Shown here piece by piece: positions 41,445-56,357 of a stretch of 64,000 nucleotides of DNA (the first letter of the stretch is position 1; each line of letters opens with the position of its first letter). The DNA lies in the NCBI RefSeq assembly GCF_006345805.1, contig NC_043005.1, forward strand, positions 98,828,001 to 98,892,000, in the 5' to 3' direction. Origin of the DNA: Octopus sinensis. Its lineage: Eukaryota. Below the pieces are notes generated by a model, which saw only the letters and a list, made by a program, of their open reading frames with translations, had not been told where the DNA came from and made no database searches. The position numbers and the translations under genes are program-made.

Positions 41445-43096
41445 TATATATTGACCTTTCCAGTCTCAGAGGTTATTCAAAGGTCATGAGTGCTGCTCCT
41501 CTTCCAGTTGGAGTTATAATAAAATGTATTGTCTGTACAAAGAAGTTTGAAGACAGAATGTTGAGTCTTTCGAGTGGTTAATGTTAAAATGGCTGTCATT
41601 GTGATGCTCCCTGGGTCCACCCCATATCACACAAAACATCTAAACTGTTCCTCTACATATTCCATATATCCTCTGTAAATCTGATGTGGTTTCATCATGA
41701 TGTGTAATGACAAATCAGATATTGTTGTACTTGACTGTGTCTACGTTGTCAAACACCTACTACAATAAATCAGGATATTCTGAATTTGAAGACCCATTCA
41801 ACCCATAGTAACAATAAAAATTTGGTTCAAAAATGAAAATTTAAAAGAAAATTGCTACAAGGAATCGAATATCAGGTTTCACTGAATTGAAGCATTCCTA
41901 GAATCAAAAGAATTTACTGGAACCAAAGAAAACATGTGTGGATTTTTTTTTTCTGTCACAAGGACATGGTGATTGAATAACTCTCCACATTTTATTTTGT
42001 TTGATTTTTTATTGGAATCACATCTCAGATGCTTCATTTTCTCTTCTCCAATACTTGATTACCGTACTTCAAAAATCACATAAAGGCACCTGTCTCCTAG
42101 CAGAAATGTCAAAGAGTCTTATTTTTGCTGTGAGACATCCATAATTCTGTTTTGTAAAAAAAAAAATTTTTTTTCCCTCCTTTTAAGTCTCTTTCATTTA
42201 ACTTTGCCTTTGAAGATTTAACATGATAGAGAACTGCATTTTTCAAGTTTCATTCTTCAGAAAACATTTCCAACATATCTAAACTACATAATTTTCATTT
42301 CACAACAACATTTGTTTGTTGTTTGATTACATTGACAATTTAGAAAATTGATGTTTCCAAAGTATTTTTTTTCCATTTTATAACAGTAACAAGGTGTCTG
42401 ATATGTTGTCAGTAACTTTTGTTGATATGTGATCAGATAACATCACACTATTATAATTGACCATTTATTATTAGAGCTAAGCTCTATAAGTATGAGTAAC
42501 ACATGGACTTTAATTAATTACTCCACTGTCTAAACTGATCAAGTGCTTGTCTAATCATAAATAATCCATATCTTTTACTAAGACTGATGGGAAATATTCA
42601 GGATGATTGCCATGTACTAGATTGATGCTGACCAAATTGCCAGCTTTTGTATGATTCAATATCTTCTGTATATGCATTTGTCTGTCTGTCTGTCTGTTTG
42701 CCTCTCCATCTCATATGCACGCTACCCCTCCCCTCATTGTCTTTTGTGTGTATGTATGCACCTGTAAACTACCTCTTACGCACACATACAACCACACACA
42801 CATGCATCCATCTGCTAGGTCAGTTCGAGAAGGATGTGTAAAGCTTCAGCATCTCTTTCGTTTTGCTATTCTCAAACCTGTATTTGGAAGTCTTTAAAAA
42901 TGTGAATTCCATCAAATAAAGTTTTCTGGTTGGTGGATGCCTCTGAGAAGAAATATTGTTTGTAAATGTGAACCTGCTTCCTTAGCTGTTATCACATCAC
43001 TGGAGTTTGGAATATATTGAGAAAGTAGACTGCAAAACAAAGTGACCACATCTGTCTACCACTTTCCTTCTGACTCTGTCACTTATTGCATTATAT

Positions 43097-43545
43097 CATC
43101 ATCATCATCATCATTGTCATTTAACGTCCGCTTTCCATGCTAGCATGGGTTGGACAATTTGACTGAGATCTGGCGAACCAGAATCCAATCAGATCTGGCA
43201 GAGTTTCTACAGCTGGATGCCCTTCCTAATGCCAACCACTCCGAGAGTGTAGTGGGTGCTTTCATGTGCCACCGGCCCAAGGGCCAGTCAGGTGGTACTG
43301 GTAACGGCCATGCTCAAATGGTGCTTTTTATGTGCCACCTGCGCAGTAGCCAGTCCAGCAGCACTGGCAACGACCTTGCTCAAATGTTTTTTCACGTACC
43401 ACCAACACAAGTGCTAGTAGGTGATGATCACGCTCGGAATGGTGTTTTTAACGTGCCATCGACCCAGAGGCCAGCTTGTTGCTCTGGCCTCGATGTCTCT
43501 CGTATGGTTCTCTCAGTGCTCCACTAGTACAGATGCCAGTCATCA
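43097..43545 (-). mobile_element. SINE family A, long copy with internal subrepeats (another - copy at 56875-57068)
   Basis: Family A 3' end plus repeated tttt(c/a)(c/t)gtgccacc modules. Confidence 0.8.
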
Positions 43546-45348
43546 AATTTGACTATAGAGCATTTGATTTATTTAGAAAATATTAAATGCTGGTGTAGCT
43601 AGGTTTCTAGGTTTGTCTATATGTTACTCATAACCTTTTGATTGGTGACATCCAAAGTAGGCAGGCTCTCCCCAGACACAATAAAATACATATTTAATGT
43701 TATCTTAAAACTATTTGGAGAATAATAGAGGAATATGTAAGTCAGATCATCAAAGTTTGATGTCTTTCAGGTGCAATGTGCATTCAAAACTGCATGCTTG
43801 GAATTAGATCTCCTACAGCATAAAAACAGCCTCAGTCATCTGCTGTAAAATTGACTATAGGGGGGTGAGAAAAATTATATAACATATCGTTTGGTATATA
43901 TATATATGCATGTGAGTGTGTGTAGTAGACTTGTTCACAGGTCTGTTATTCTGGCGTTTCTATAGCAATCTTCTGTTTCTTTCGATTAGTGAAAATGTGT
44001 CCAGACCACTAGACTAGCTTAAATATATTACAGTACTCTGCTGAGTGCTTCATCTTTGGATCATTACTTGACAAATACATACACACAATAAGAATATATG
44101 TTTTGTATAAGTTGTGTCTGAATTAAAAAAAGAAGAAACAAAACAGAAGTAAATGTGTTGGGAAGGTTGTATGAATATTTTCTCTCCTATTATTACGTTT
44201 AATACAGATGTTTACAACTATTCAGTATCATACTGAATCTGATGTTTACAGGAAATTTAGGATTGGGTGAAATTGGTGCAGTTCAGTATTTTGGTGATTC
44301 TTGAGAAAAGTGAATCCTGCCGGATAACCAAGATAGGGCCAATATGTACATTGATATTCCATGTGTTTGTATATACGTACCTGTATTTGTCTCTGTTAAT
44401 ACTAACTTGTCTATTGTTTTTACAGTTATCATCACTGAAGTATTTAATCTCTGAACAATTCTATTTCTTTGCACAAATAAATATATATTTATTTAATAAG
44501 TAATTTAGTAAGGTCAATAACTGTGAAAGTTATGTCCAGTGAGGGTATCCATTTTTTGTCTCCCTTATTTTCCTTCCTCATCTCTTTCCTCTTCTCCCTC
44601 ACATACCTCTCTCCCTCCTATCTCTTCTTTGTCTTTTTCTGTTCCACTTGTATCGCATCTTTGGTCACTCTATTGATTCTCTCATCCCTTCCTCCTATCT
44701 CTGTTCCTCCCCATCTTTCTTTTCTCATTTTCTATTCTATATTATTTCCTTATTTTTCACATTTTCTTCCCCATCTCTCTTTTACATTTCTCCCATTTCA
44801 ACCACCACCACCACCACTACATTTCATCTAATACCCCAGCATGTCTATCACTTCCACCACATTCTAACAGTTCCACCCTTATTGTTCTTGAACATGAAAA
44901 GTGTTTTCACTTCTGACTTCATGAAATTTCCCTAATGTCTTCCTCTGTGATCAATTATGAGGTGAAACTGGTTTACAATCAATCTTATTGATAAGTCCCT
45001 CTGTATTAGTGATTCAAAGACTAAGATGTATGGCATTGTCCTTTCATTCCAAGACCACCCAATCTTGATTCATGATGCTTGAATAATTGGCAATATGAAC
45101 TAACTTAAATGTTATGTTGCAGCCAGTGCATCTAGTTTGGAATATTCTTTCAGTTGCCAGTTGGTGCATATCAAAGGCTTTTTTTTTTGTCTTCTGCTCT
45201 CTCCTTTTCACTACTTTATCCCCATCTGTCTTTCGTGGGTTGGATTGTTCAACAGAATTCAATAAATTGGAGGATTATGCCATATTCCAATGTCAATTTT
45301 GGCATGTTTTGTGTATATGAATACCCTTCCTTTTTTTTTTCTTTTTTT

Positions 45349-45575
45349 CTTTACTGCCCACAAGGGGCTACACACAGAGGGGACAAACAAAGACAGACAA
45401 ACGGATTAAGTCAATTATATCGACCCCAGTGCGTAACTGGTACTTATTTAATTGACCCCGAAAGGATGAAAGGCAAAGTCGACCTCGGCGGAATTTGAAC
45501 TCAGAACATAGTGGCAGATGAAATACTACTAAGAATTTCGCCCGGCTTGCTAACGTTTCTGCCAGCTCGCTGCCT
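45349..45575 (-). mobile_element. SINE family C, inverted, with TSD
   Basis: Reverse complement of family C, tatgaatacccttcct repeated on both flanks. Confidence 0.87.
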
Positions 45576-46669
45576 TATGAATACCCTTCCTAACACCAAC
45601 CACATTACAAAGTTTGCTGGGTGTTTTTTTTTGTGACACTAGCACTAGAGGGGTCACCTTGTAACTTGTACAAAACTAAGGGCTTAAACTGGCTTCTATA
45701 GCAGAAGAGAGTGTGGTGATTTTTAGTGGGGTAATGAGGGAGTTTGGTGATGAGAGGACCAGGTTTAAGGTTGAATGAGTAATAAAGCAGGCACTATTAG
45801 AGGAGATGATTATGGAAGGGTTAAATAAGGGATTAGTGTCAAAAGTTAATGAGATGGGGAGGGATACAATTTCAAAAATGATTGTGGGTTGTGTAGGGTG
45901 GCTCTAGGGCAATCCTACATTATAAGAGCAAATATAGTTGGGAGATGTGAGGGGAAAGGAGATCAAGAAAGGGAAGTTGATGAGGGTGGCAAAGAATATT
46001 GAAGGAAAGAGAGCTGTGGAGATCATGGGTAGAGAGATGAGAGGGTATTATGGGGGGAGGCAAGAAGAAGCAGAGAAGCTAGGAGAGTGAAATGGGGAAG
46101 AGGACAAGGAAGCAGTGGTGTGTGTGGGGGTGGTGGTGGTGGTGGGAGAGTGCTGTGAGAGTAGTGAAGGAAACAGAGGTTGAAGGGTACTGTGGAGGTA
46201 GTGATGGGGGTGGGGTAGAAGAGAGGGTGACTACAGACAAAGTTGGGGAGATTGTGTTGGGATAATTACAAATATTGGTACGGGGGGGGGTATGGGTGAA
46301 TACAATGAGAGCACCCTAGAAGTTTAAGGGCAGTTAGTGAGGTGTTGGATGGCAATAGAAGTGACCCATATATATGTGTGTGTAGGTGTGAGTGTGTGTG
46401 TGCATGCGTGATGTCTGCCGTGTGTCTTCTATTTCTTGCTGTTGGCTTAAATCCATTCTCACCTCTTTCTTTCTCTCTCTCTCTCCCCTTCCACTATCTC
46501 TCTCTCTCTCCCTCTCCCTTCCACTATCTCTCTCTCTCTCCCCTTTTTCTCCTTTCCCTCCAATACATATCTTGGTTTATTCTCCTGGAGTAAAGGTAGC
46601 TTTGTAGGAGAATGTGGAGTGGGGGTGATTTCGTAGAGTGAAGGTGTATACTTTCAAGTTCCATGTTTA

Positions 46670-46850
46670 ATTATTATTGTCATCATTATCATAACCACCT
46701 TCATCAACATTATCACTGCCTTCATCATCATCATCATCATCATCATCAGCAGCAGCACAATCATCATCACTACCACCACCATTATCCTCTTCCTTATTAC
46801 TACCATCATCACCATCATTGTCAACAGCACCCCTATCACCAGTGCCATCT
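46670..46850. repeat. (CAT/CAC)n low-complexity tract just upstream of RIC1 exon B
   Basis: Directly visible. Explains the poly-His and poly-Asp ORFs. Confidence 0.9.
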
Positions 46851-46881
46851 TTCATACCCTTATTCTTCTTCCTTCTCACAG

Positions 46882-46966
46882 CATGCCACACTCCTTCTGG
46901 ATGCTGCCCTCGAGAAGAGCCAGTGGGATGTTGCCAGAGATTTGATTCGCTTCTTGAAAGCAATAG
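46882..46966 (+). CDS. RIC1: RIC1 coding exon B, phase 0-1, HATLLLDAALEKSQWDVARDLIRFLKAI
   Basis: Acceptor ttccttctcacAG at 46880-46881, donor ataG|GTGAGA at 46967. Continues in frame from exon A and matches the RIC1 motif 'HATLL...AL....W......IRFLKAI'. Confidence 0.93.
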
Positions 46967-47679
46967 GTGAGATTTATTACTTTTTTTTCTTTCTTGCTTT
47001 TATTTTCCCATTAAAAAGGAAAAAGAAAAAAAAAAATGAACAGACTTTCTTAACCAGTTTTAATTAAAATAAAGCGATGAGATGGTGTAAACTGGGATTG
47101 CATAGACCAGTTCACATCTCTTAGGTCCATCACATACCTGTGTAATTAGCCCTGCTGCTTTCTGTTTTCTATCTTTCCCATTTGTGTTGGTCAATAACTA
47201 TGAAAGCACCAACACTGATTTGAAAGTTCAAGTTGATGGACGTTGGTCAGCTTTCTTTGTTGTCATTTCTGTAAATCAATATTATTTCCAAGTCTGTGAG
47301 TTGTTAAAATGGAAGTCTGCTGTTGGAATTATGGCAAAAGTTAAGTAGGCTAAATTGCTATTGACAGCTCAGTATAAGCATATTATGAGTACATTATGTT
47401 TTCATGTACATATATTGGACAAATATGTGTTTATATGCAAAAACATGCATGTATATACATGTGTGTGTGTGTATTCACACACACACACACATGTGCATGC
47501 ATATCTACATACATGTTTATATATATGTACTTGTTGGGTATAGTGTATATTTAATATCTGCTTTCAAAGAAAAATTTTTGGTGACTTGTTCAATCTAGTT
47601 CTTGTCCGGCAGCCATCTCAAGTTGTGGAGATGGAAGATGTTGAGATGATGTTCTTGTCTCGAATAGATACTTGGATAT

Positions 47680-48265
47680 TACTGCTGTAAAGCAGTGTGC
47701 TGAGAACACAAGCCCTGTAGAGTGAAGCCGCGGTTCTTCCAGACTCTTTTAGTCTGCCTGACTAATATTGAGGCCACTTTTCCAATATGTCTATTGATAT
47801 CAGACTCTAGAGAGAGGTCATCTATAATGCTAGAGCCTGGGTATGTGAACTCATGGGCTACCTCCAGCTTGTGATTGTTGATGATATTGGTAGGGGAGGG
47901 TTCAATACGTTGGTCTAATCCTTTCATCTTCTTCATACTGATGGCCAAGCCAAAACCATGACAAGCTCTTTTGAGTTGATAAGGTGTTGTAGTTGTTCTT
48001 TGAGTGTGTTGTAAGTAGCACATCATCTGTATCTTGTATATCTCTGACGAATACTTTGCTTACTTTGAATTTTGCCCTCAAGTAGGGCAGATGGAGTGGT
48101 TTCCCATCTTGTATGGAAGAAAGTACCATCAACAGAATGGGGACAAGCATATGGCCAGGTTTCACTTTACAGATGCTGAAGCCTTCTAAGGATGTGTCAT
48201 AAAACTGAATGACACCTTTCATGTCTGTGTGGTATGACTGAACAATCCTGAATAATCTTGGAGGG
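47680..48265 (-). mobile_element. Decayed RTE/BovB-like LINE fragment
   Basis: FGLAISMKK, LEVAHEFTYPGS.I...LSLESDINRHIGK and RVWKNR motifs. Confidence 0.75.
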
Positions 48266-48659
48266 TACCTAATTGTGACATTGATTTTGATCATACCATC
48301 TCCACTTCTTTAAGGGGACTGATAGGCTATTTGAGCACCATTACTTTTTTAAGGGTTGTTGAATGCACAAATTTTATCATTTACCTTAGACTGTATGGGT
48401 TCTGTTACATATCTTAGAGGCATATTGACTATATGTGGTATACTACTTAAGGGACTGGTAGACTGTATGAGGCATGTCATTTATCTAAGAGGACAGATAG
48501 CTTGCATGAGGCCTATTGCTCTTGCAGTAGCATGGACTATATGAGGATTACCATGAAGAAGATTAATTAATTGTATGTGGTTTTCTTCTTAGGGAACAGA
48601 TGGACAATATGAGGCTTACTATGTTGGGGATAGATATATTGTAGGGTGTCTGTTATATA

Positions 48660-49557
48660 TGAGATGTATTCAAAAAGTATTCTGCTGAATCGAATGCCAC
48701 ATGGGCAAAATCCTGTGGGTCAGAGGTGACACCATCCTCTCTGCACATGCGTGAAAAGTTTCGTACTGGTAGACCTTGTTAGCTTCCAGCTGTTATAGAA
48801 TACAGACATGTTGTATGCACTTGCCAGATTTTTGATTTCATGCATGATGGTGGAATGCACTGAGCAGAGATATTGCATCAAGTTTTGCCAAAAGTTTGGT
48901 AATACTCATACTCAAACCCTCCAGAAGATTCAGCAGACCTTTGGTGATGATGCCATGGGCAAAACTCAGATCAAAGAGTGGCACAACCACTGTACCTCAG
49001 TGGAGAGTGAAGCATGCTTGGACAAGCTTCCTAAAAGTGAAAATGGGGAACTAATTGAGAAGGTTCGGCAAATCGTGATTATTGAAGAATGTCATGTAAT
49101 AATCCAGGAAAGTGGCAATAAGTACAGGATCAGTGCATTCCATTTTAACTGAGGATTGGTGCATGCAGAGAGTGTCAGCAAAAAAGTGAAGTCATATACT
49201 TTTTGAAAGCACCTCATAATCCAACTTTCTCAGTGAAGAACAGCACATCACATGTTTGAGAGGCTCCCTACTCTCCCGACTTGGCACCGTGTGACTTCTG
49301 GCTCTTCCTCAAACTGTAAACCATGATGAAAGGGAAGTGATTTGAGTCGTGAGAGGAAATTATGAGAAAAGTGAGGGTGGAGCTCTATAGCATTCCAGAG
49401 AAGGTTGTCCAGAGGTGTTACCAGCCATGGCAGAACTACGAGAAGTGTATGAACTCTCTAGGAGAGTATTTTGAAGGCGATTAACTAAAATTCTTGAAAT
49501 GTACAAAGTTGCTTTTTCCCTATGTCCAAAGGTCAGATACTTTTTGAATGCACCTCA
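48660..49557 (+). mobile_element. Mariner, internally deleted, with an extra internal TIR
   Basis: TIRs tgagatgtattcaaaaagtat / atactttttgaatgcacctca with TA flanks. Remnants EQRYCIKFCQKFG and PYSPDLAPCDFWLF. Confidence 0.9.
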
Positions 49558-50262
49558 TACTGTATGAGCTCTAGTATGTAGGCAACTGACCAGCTGTATG
49601 GCTACTCTGTAGGGGACGGATATACTCATATGAGGACTGGTACTTATTTTAGATACACTCATATCATCAAGTGTTTAATGCTTTTCTCAATGACTAAAAT
49701 GTGTAAATAGACTCAAGAAAAGAGGGTACACCTTTTGTTATAGTGTACATGGACAGTAATAGAGTTGAACCAATATACTCTACACTGAATCCTTCCAATA
49801 ACATTCTGAACTTTGTCTTAATATTGCTTTCTCTGTCCCTTATCAACAATGGTTTGTCTTGCTATTGTCCCCCCAACCAACTGTGTCTCAGTTATCTCTG
49901 TATAATGAAGAGCTGATTTTTTTGGTTTTTCTTTTGTTTTCAAGAGGGATTTTCTTTTTTTGTTTTGTTTTGCATTGGGATTTTTTTTTTAATCAAATAT
50001 AAAGTCTTTTGATTCGTGAGTTGTTTGTGTTTTTGTATTTTCTATGTATTCTTTATTTTTGTGTGTGTGTGTAGTAAAGGGAAATATAATTTAATAAGAC
50101 ACAAAAGAAAAATACCAAGTTTTGGTTCCCTTGTTGTTTTCCCTGTGAAAGTTATGTTGTTACTCATTAAATTTTCAAATCTTTCATGTGAAATGTCTTC
50201 TTTTCTTTTTTTGTGTCTAATGTTTTACTTCCTTCTTAATGTTGCATTCTTGGCCTCTTGCC

Positions 50263-50263
50263 A

Positions 50264-50309
<46 letters not shown>

Positions 50310-50334
50310 CATTATTATTATTATCATTATTATT

Positions 50335-50369
<35 letters not shown>

Positions 50370-50421
50370 TGTCATTATTATTATTATTGTCATTATTATT
50401 ATTATTTTTATTATTATCATC

Positions 50422-50453
<32 letters not shown>

Positions 50454-50486
50454 CATATTATTATTATTATTTTTATTATTATTATT
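50263..50486. repeat. (ATT/ATC)n microsatellite
   Basis: Directly visible. Explains the poly-Y/I/L ORFs. Confidence 0.95.
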
Positions 50487-51329
50487 TGCTACCCCCATTT
50501 TTGTTTTTCAGGATCCTATTTTTTTCTCTAATTTATTTTCTGATTGTTGTATCTTTTTGTTTTAGCTGTTGTTGTTGATGTTGTAATCATCGGTCTTGTT
50601 GGTATCATCACCATTGTCATTGTTCTGACAGTGATAAAAAAATAAAGATCATTAATATTTAGTGAAAATTACAAATTTCTTCACTTGAATATTACAGAAT
50701 TACAATTAAGTGACCCAACCAGCTGAGGGTGGTGGTGGTGTAGAGAGAGAGAGAGAGGTTTCCTTTATGTATTTGTCCGTGTATGTATGTATGTGGCATT
50801 AATATATGACTGAGTACTTCAGACAGAGAGGAAAAAACAAGGAAAGTTATTAGTGTCGTTTCTTAAGTTAATTAGAAAAGACGGGGTAAGTGTTGATGAT
50901 GTCTGCAGTATTCTCAGGAACATTTGTGTATCAATGTCTGCACGAAAGCCACTGGACAGGAATGAATTATCCTCCATGGATGTCTGGTGTTGACCAACTG
51001 GCTGCCTGCTTGTAGATTCATGCTGAAAAGCTGACATCACATGTTGCTCAGTCTATTGTTTGATTATCTTCAAAGCTGTGAGACATTCAAGGCAAATTCT
51101 GAATATTGGTGGCATGTCTGTTCAGTTTTTTTTTTTTCATTGAAATCTTTTAATTTGCCTTTCTTGAAAGTAAAATTAGATAGAAATGTGAAGCAGTGGG
51201 ACATGTTTTCTAAAATAAGTTTGTGTGTGTGTGTGAGGATTAATGGATATCAATAGTTCAAGTCAGTGATGTTACCTAAGTTTTAGTGAAAAGAAACCAA
51301 AGGGGTCATTTTGTTAGCATTCAAGGTTT

Positions 51330-51760
51330 CAGCAATGACTGGTATAACAATATAATTGTCAGCTACAAGTTCACAAGAAATGCTCTAGGGAGAATGGCAA
51401 CTACAAACGTTTCAAATTAATGATCTTTCTTATGAAAGTTACTGAAGGTATTATAGCACAACACATTAAGAAAAGAATTCGCCTAGACAAGTTGCTGTTT
51501 GGCATTGTGCCAGAAAGGGTTACTACTAAGGCCGTCTTTTGTAAGACAAAAGAAATACTAAACTAGAGTGATCCCCTATACCTAAAATTTATTGAGCTGG
51601 AGCAAGCCCTTTGGCAATGTTCCACACTCTGTAGTTCAGTAATCTCTAACTGGTGGTCACTCTGATGAATGTCCTTTAAGGGCAAAGTGAGAGTCAGTAG
51701 CAGTGATTTTTATAGCTGAATTTGGTTTAGAGAAGAAATTGCAGACAAGGTATCTTCTTT
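51330..51760 (+). mobile_element. Highly decayed RTE RT fragment
   Basis: Residual frame RIRLDKLLFGIVPERVTTKAVF...PLYL.FI.LEQA. Confidence 0.5.
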
Positions 51761-52366
51761 AGTGTTTGTGCCATGATAAATTCCACTCAGTCTACTCTAT
51801 AAAGTGGTTTGCAAAGGAAAAGATACAAAGTAAGGTGAAAAGACTTGTTTAATCTTGCAACAGTGGCTATTTCTCCCTTTCGAAACTGATTGTTCTAATA
51901 ATCCATTATTTGATAACTCTCATTCTTATAACAGCAAATAGCTGGTTGCTTTTTGTGATGGTAACCCTTACCTGTTTCTCAAGTAAGGAATCTTATAGAT
52001 ACCACATGCCGTTGATGTTGCAAAGCCAGTAGATGATTTCTTAACAAAGGAAATGACAACAATGTCTCTACTTGTAACTCAGTGACTTTCAGAGAACAAA
52101 CATAAACCAACTCACAGGTATGCATATGAATGCATGCATCACATACAAATGTCCCTCCCCACTACAGCTTCTTTCAGTTTCTTTTTTACCACATCTACTT
52201 ACAAAGACGTTAGTCTGGGCTGTTGGAGAAGAGGTTGCCCAAGGTGCTGTGTAGAGGGACTGTGTTTAAGAAATGAACTGTTACTGGGTGTGGGTATATA
52301 AATATTTTATTTTATATGGATATATATATATAAATAAAAATGTATAAAAATAAAAATGTGCGTGTG

Positions 52367-52987
<621 letters not shown>

Positions 52988-53853
52988 TTATCAAAAACCC
53001 AATGAACACTGAAACCGTGAACATGCTTTACCAGCAAACCACCAGGAGTATACCATGTAACTTATTTACTGACAACAACAACAACAACAATAATAATAAT
53101 CCTTTCTACTGGAGGCACTAGGCCTCGAATTTGTGGGGAGGGGACTAGACAATTACATCAACCTCAGTGATCCACTGGCACTTAATTTATCAACCCTGAA
53201 AGAATGAAAGGCAAAGTTGACTTCAGCAGAATTTGAACTCAGAATGTAGCAGCAGATGAAATACCACTAAGTATTTCACCTGGCATGGTAACCATTCACC
53301 ACCTCACTGCCTTAACAATAATATATATGTGTGTGTTTGTAGCTGTGCTTGTTCCCCTATTATACATTAACTTTTCAACACCTGGCATAAAGCCACTCAC
53401 CTCCACCTTCGTCTCTTAAATTTTTCCCTCTTTGTATTAAGAGCCTTTCCCTTTTCTGTCTGGCACAAAGGAAGCACCCACTACACCCTGTGAAGTGGTT
53501 GGCATTAGGAAAGGCATCTAGCCACAGAAACCAGACCAAAGCTGATGTTGGAGCTCAATGCTGCCTTGTGGCTTGCCAGATCCTATCAAACCTTCCAACC
53601 CATGCCAGCATGGAAAATAGATGTTAAATGATGATGATGATGCTGTTTGATATTAGTGCGAGTGCACTCATATACACACAAGAATTTATGTATTAAAGTT
53701 TGTTCCATTTGATATTCAATATTGGTTTTCTATTTAGGGAATTTAATATTTAAAATCCTCACTATTAGAAAACATGGGAAATTTCATATGAATTACACTT
53801 CAATTTAATTGTGTGTTCAGGTTAACTGTTGTACATGTCTCCACTCCTCTTTC

Positions 53854-53888
<35 letters not shown>

Positions 53889-56357
53889 TTGTCTGTATGT
53901 ATATTTGTGTGTGTGTGTGTGTGTGTGTGTGTAAAGCTTTCATAAAATACTGCAGTCACTAAAAGATGGAGAAATGAACCGGCTGTATTTGCTATGCAGC
54001 ATATTTCTGTACATTTGCTTTCAGTTAATACACAGCTTTTAATACTGCACATGCCATTCCAATATTTACCTGCTCTGCCATTTGCAAATATTAATTAGTT
54101 AGATCATAAATTCTGATTGAACTGGTATCTCACTGGTAATATGTGTTTATGGTGATATAGAGAAGTTCTTTAATATGAAATTACAACAGTGTTTCTGTTG
54201 AAGATAAACAAGATAATGATGTTAGATACTGGATGTTGTTAATTTCCATCACTTGGACTGATGAATTCCCAGTGTTTAATTAGAACAACTTCATTCTGCC
54301 TGAAAAGAACTTATATTTTCCTTGAGAAATGTCCTGTTATTTCTTCGTATCATTTGTCTCTACTATTGGCATTAGGAAGGGCATCCAGCTGTAGAAACTC
54401 TGCCAGAATCTGGAGTCTGGAGATTGGAGTCTGGTGCAGCCATCTGGCTCGCCAGACCTCAGTCAAATCGTCCAACCCATGCTAGCATGGAAAGCGGACG
54501 TTAAACGATGATGATGATTGCAACTATCAGTCTTTCAAAAAAAAGCTGATGTTCTTTAATATCCCAGCCATTTTCCAAAAACAGGCTACCTTGCAAGGTG
54601 ACACTAGACATCCAACTGGCTCAGCTCATCTCTCTCCAACCTCCACAGATCTTTCACATTCAGTTTTTCACTGTCAGTATCATGTAGTTGATGATGAGGA
54701 GGATTGTGTTAGCAATGGAGGAGGTCTTCATCATGATCTGTGTCAACATAAAAACAATTCCTCCACATTCCTTAGAACTAGTATTAGTCAATAAACTGTT
54801 GTGGTGGGGGGTAAGGTGTTAATTCACACAATAATCTCTTGGAATGTACTTTATTAAAATCCCAGGTGAAAGTCAATTTAGTTGAGCAAGATTTGAACTT
54901 TAGTCCATCATTTGACCTTTGGCTTTACTTGCCAACATTTTATCCTGTCTTTGTTGTAAATAGTACAGCTTTGGTGGAATTAACATTTTGTATATTAGCA
55001 TTTTGGAAGAGCTCTTGATAAGAAACTGAAAAGCCACATTTGGCTGACTTCAATAACAGCATGAACAATGATGGTGAGGAGAGGGAGAAGGAAATTTCAT
55101 TCTTGGTTGAAAATTAGTTCCATTCTGTGCCAAGTGACTAATTGTTATTTTCATAAGTAATTTCGATATTTAGTCTTAAGTACACTTATCAGTAGTGCCC
55201 CCTGTTGTGGCTTCTGATAATGTATTTCTAGTTTTGTCTGTATCAGTCCATCTGTCTGTTTTTCTTTGTGTGTGTGAGAGAGAGAAGAGAGAGAGAGAGA
55301 GAAAGATTACCAGAGCTGTCAGCTACCTGTCAGTTTAATAACTATTCAAGGTCTCTTCACAGCAGTTTCAAACCAAGGATTGTCTTGCTTAATTGATCAC
55401 TGGAATTCCAGCCAAATTAATAGATGTGTTGTTTGGGAAATTCTGTACACCGGATCTCTAACTGGTTTTCTCTGTTGTATTTCATGGTTTCCAGGCAAGC
55501 AGTTCTTTGCATGGAACCAATGGATATTTTAAGAAAGTGTGTCTTTTCCCAGATGTATTATTAATCCCTAAAGCACACACATTTTCTTGATGATGCTATT
55601 GCTTTTGTTCTTCCCACATTATCGATCTTTTTATCTCCTTAGCACACATATCCATGGATAATACTCAATTGTATCTATACCCCACAATGTCTTTTATTGA
55701 CTGTGGCCATGCTGAAGCACCACCTTGGAGAATTTTAGTCAAAGAAATCAACCCCAGTACTTATATATATATTTTTTTAGGCTGGTGCTTATTCTATTGG
55801 TCTCTTTTGCTGAACTACTAAGTTGTAGGGACATAAACACATCAACACCTGTTGTCAAGCAGGGAGGGGGAGACAAACACAGACACACATTGGCGTTGGG
55901 TGGGGGGCAGAAAGATGGAGTATTTCTAATGCAGCACTCAACCCAAGCTTTAGGTTGTCTACACTCTTGGATTAAAATCTTAAGATTGAATTTCTTCAGG
56001 TGTAGAAAATCCAGGTGTCACAACAGTAAAACCAATGTATGGGTCAAGTGAAAAGTAAAATATAATCCAAATATGAAGACAAAGAAAGAGTTTATTGCAT
56101 CTTTGGTGACCAGTTGCTGTTGTTTCTCTACCAGTTTGTGCAAGTGTTCCATGTGAAAATTTACATAATATTTGCTTGTGCCATGTAAAAAGCACTCAGT
56201 CTACTCTGCTGGGTGGTTGGTGTTAGGAAGGGCATCCAGCTGTAAAAACCCTGTCAAAACAGACACAGAAGTCTGATGCATGCTCCTTTCTGGTCAGCTC
56301 CTGTCAAACCATCCAACCCATGCCAGCATGGAAGATGGCTGTTAAATGATGATGATA

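Noticed and set aside
43956-43969. RFX X-box-like GTTTCTATAGCAAT
   Set aside because: A single imperfect motif deep in an intron, expected by chance in 64 kb.
46663-47067. 134-aa His-rich ORF
   Set aside because: A (CAT)n tract that happens to be in frame with RIC1 exon B. A good acceptor at 46881 and donor at 46967 delimit the real exon.
50016-50578. Poly-Tyr/Ile/Leu ORFs
   Set aside because: Translation of an (ATT)n microsatellite.
51657-51696. CTGATGA plus hairpin resembling a hammerhead
   Set aside because: No GAAA/NUH arrangement, and it lies within a decayed RTE coding relic.
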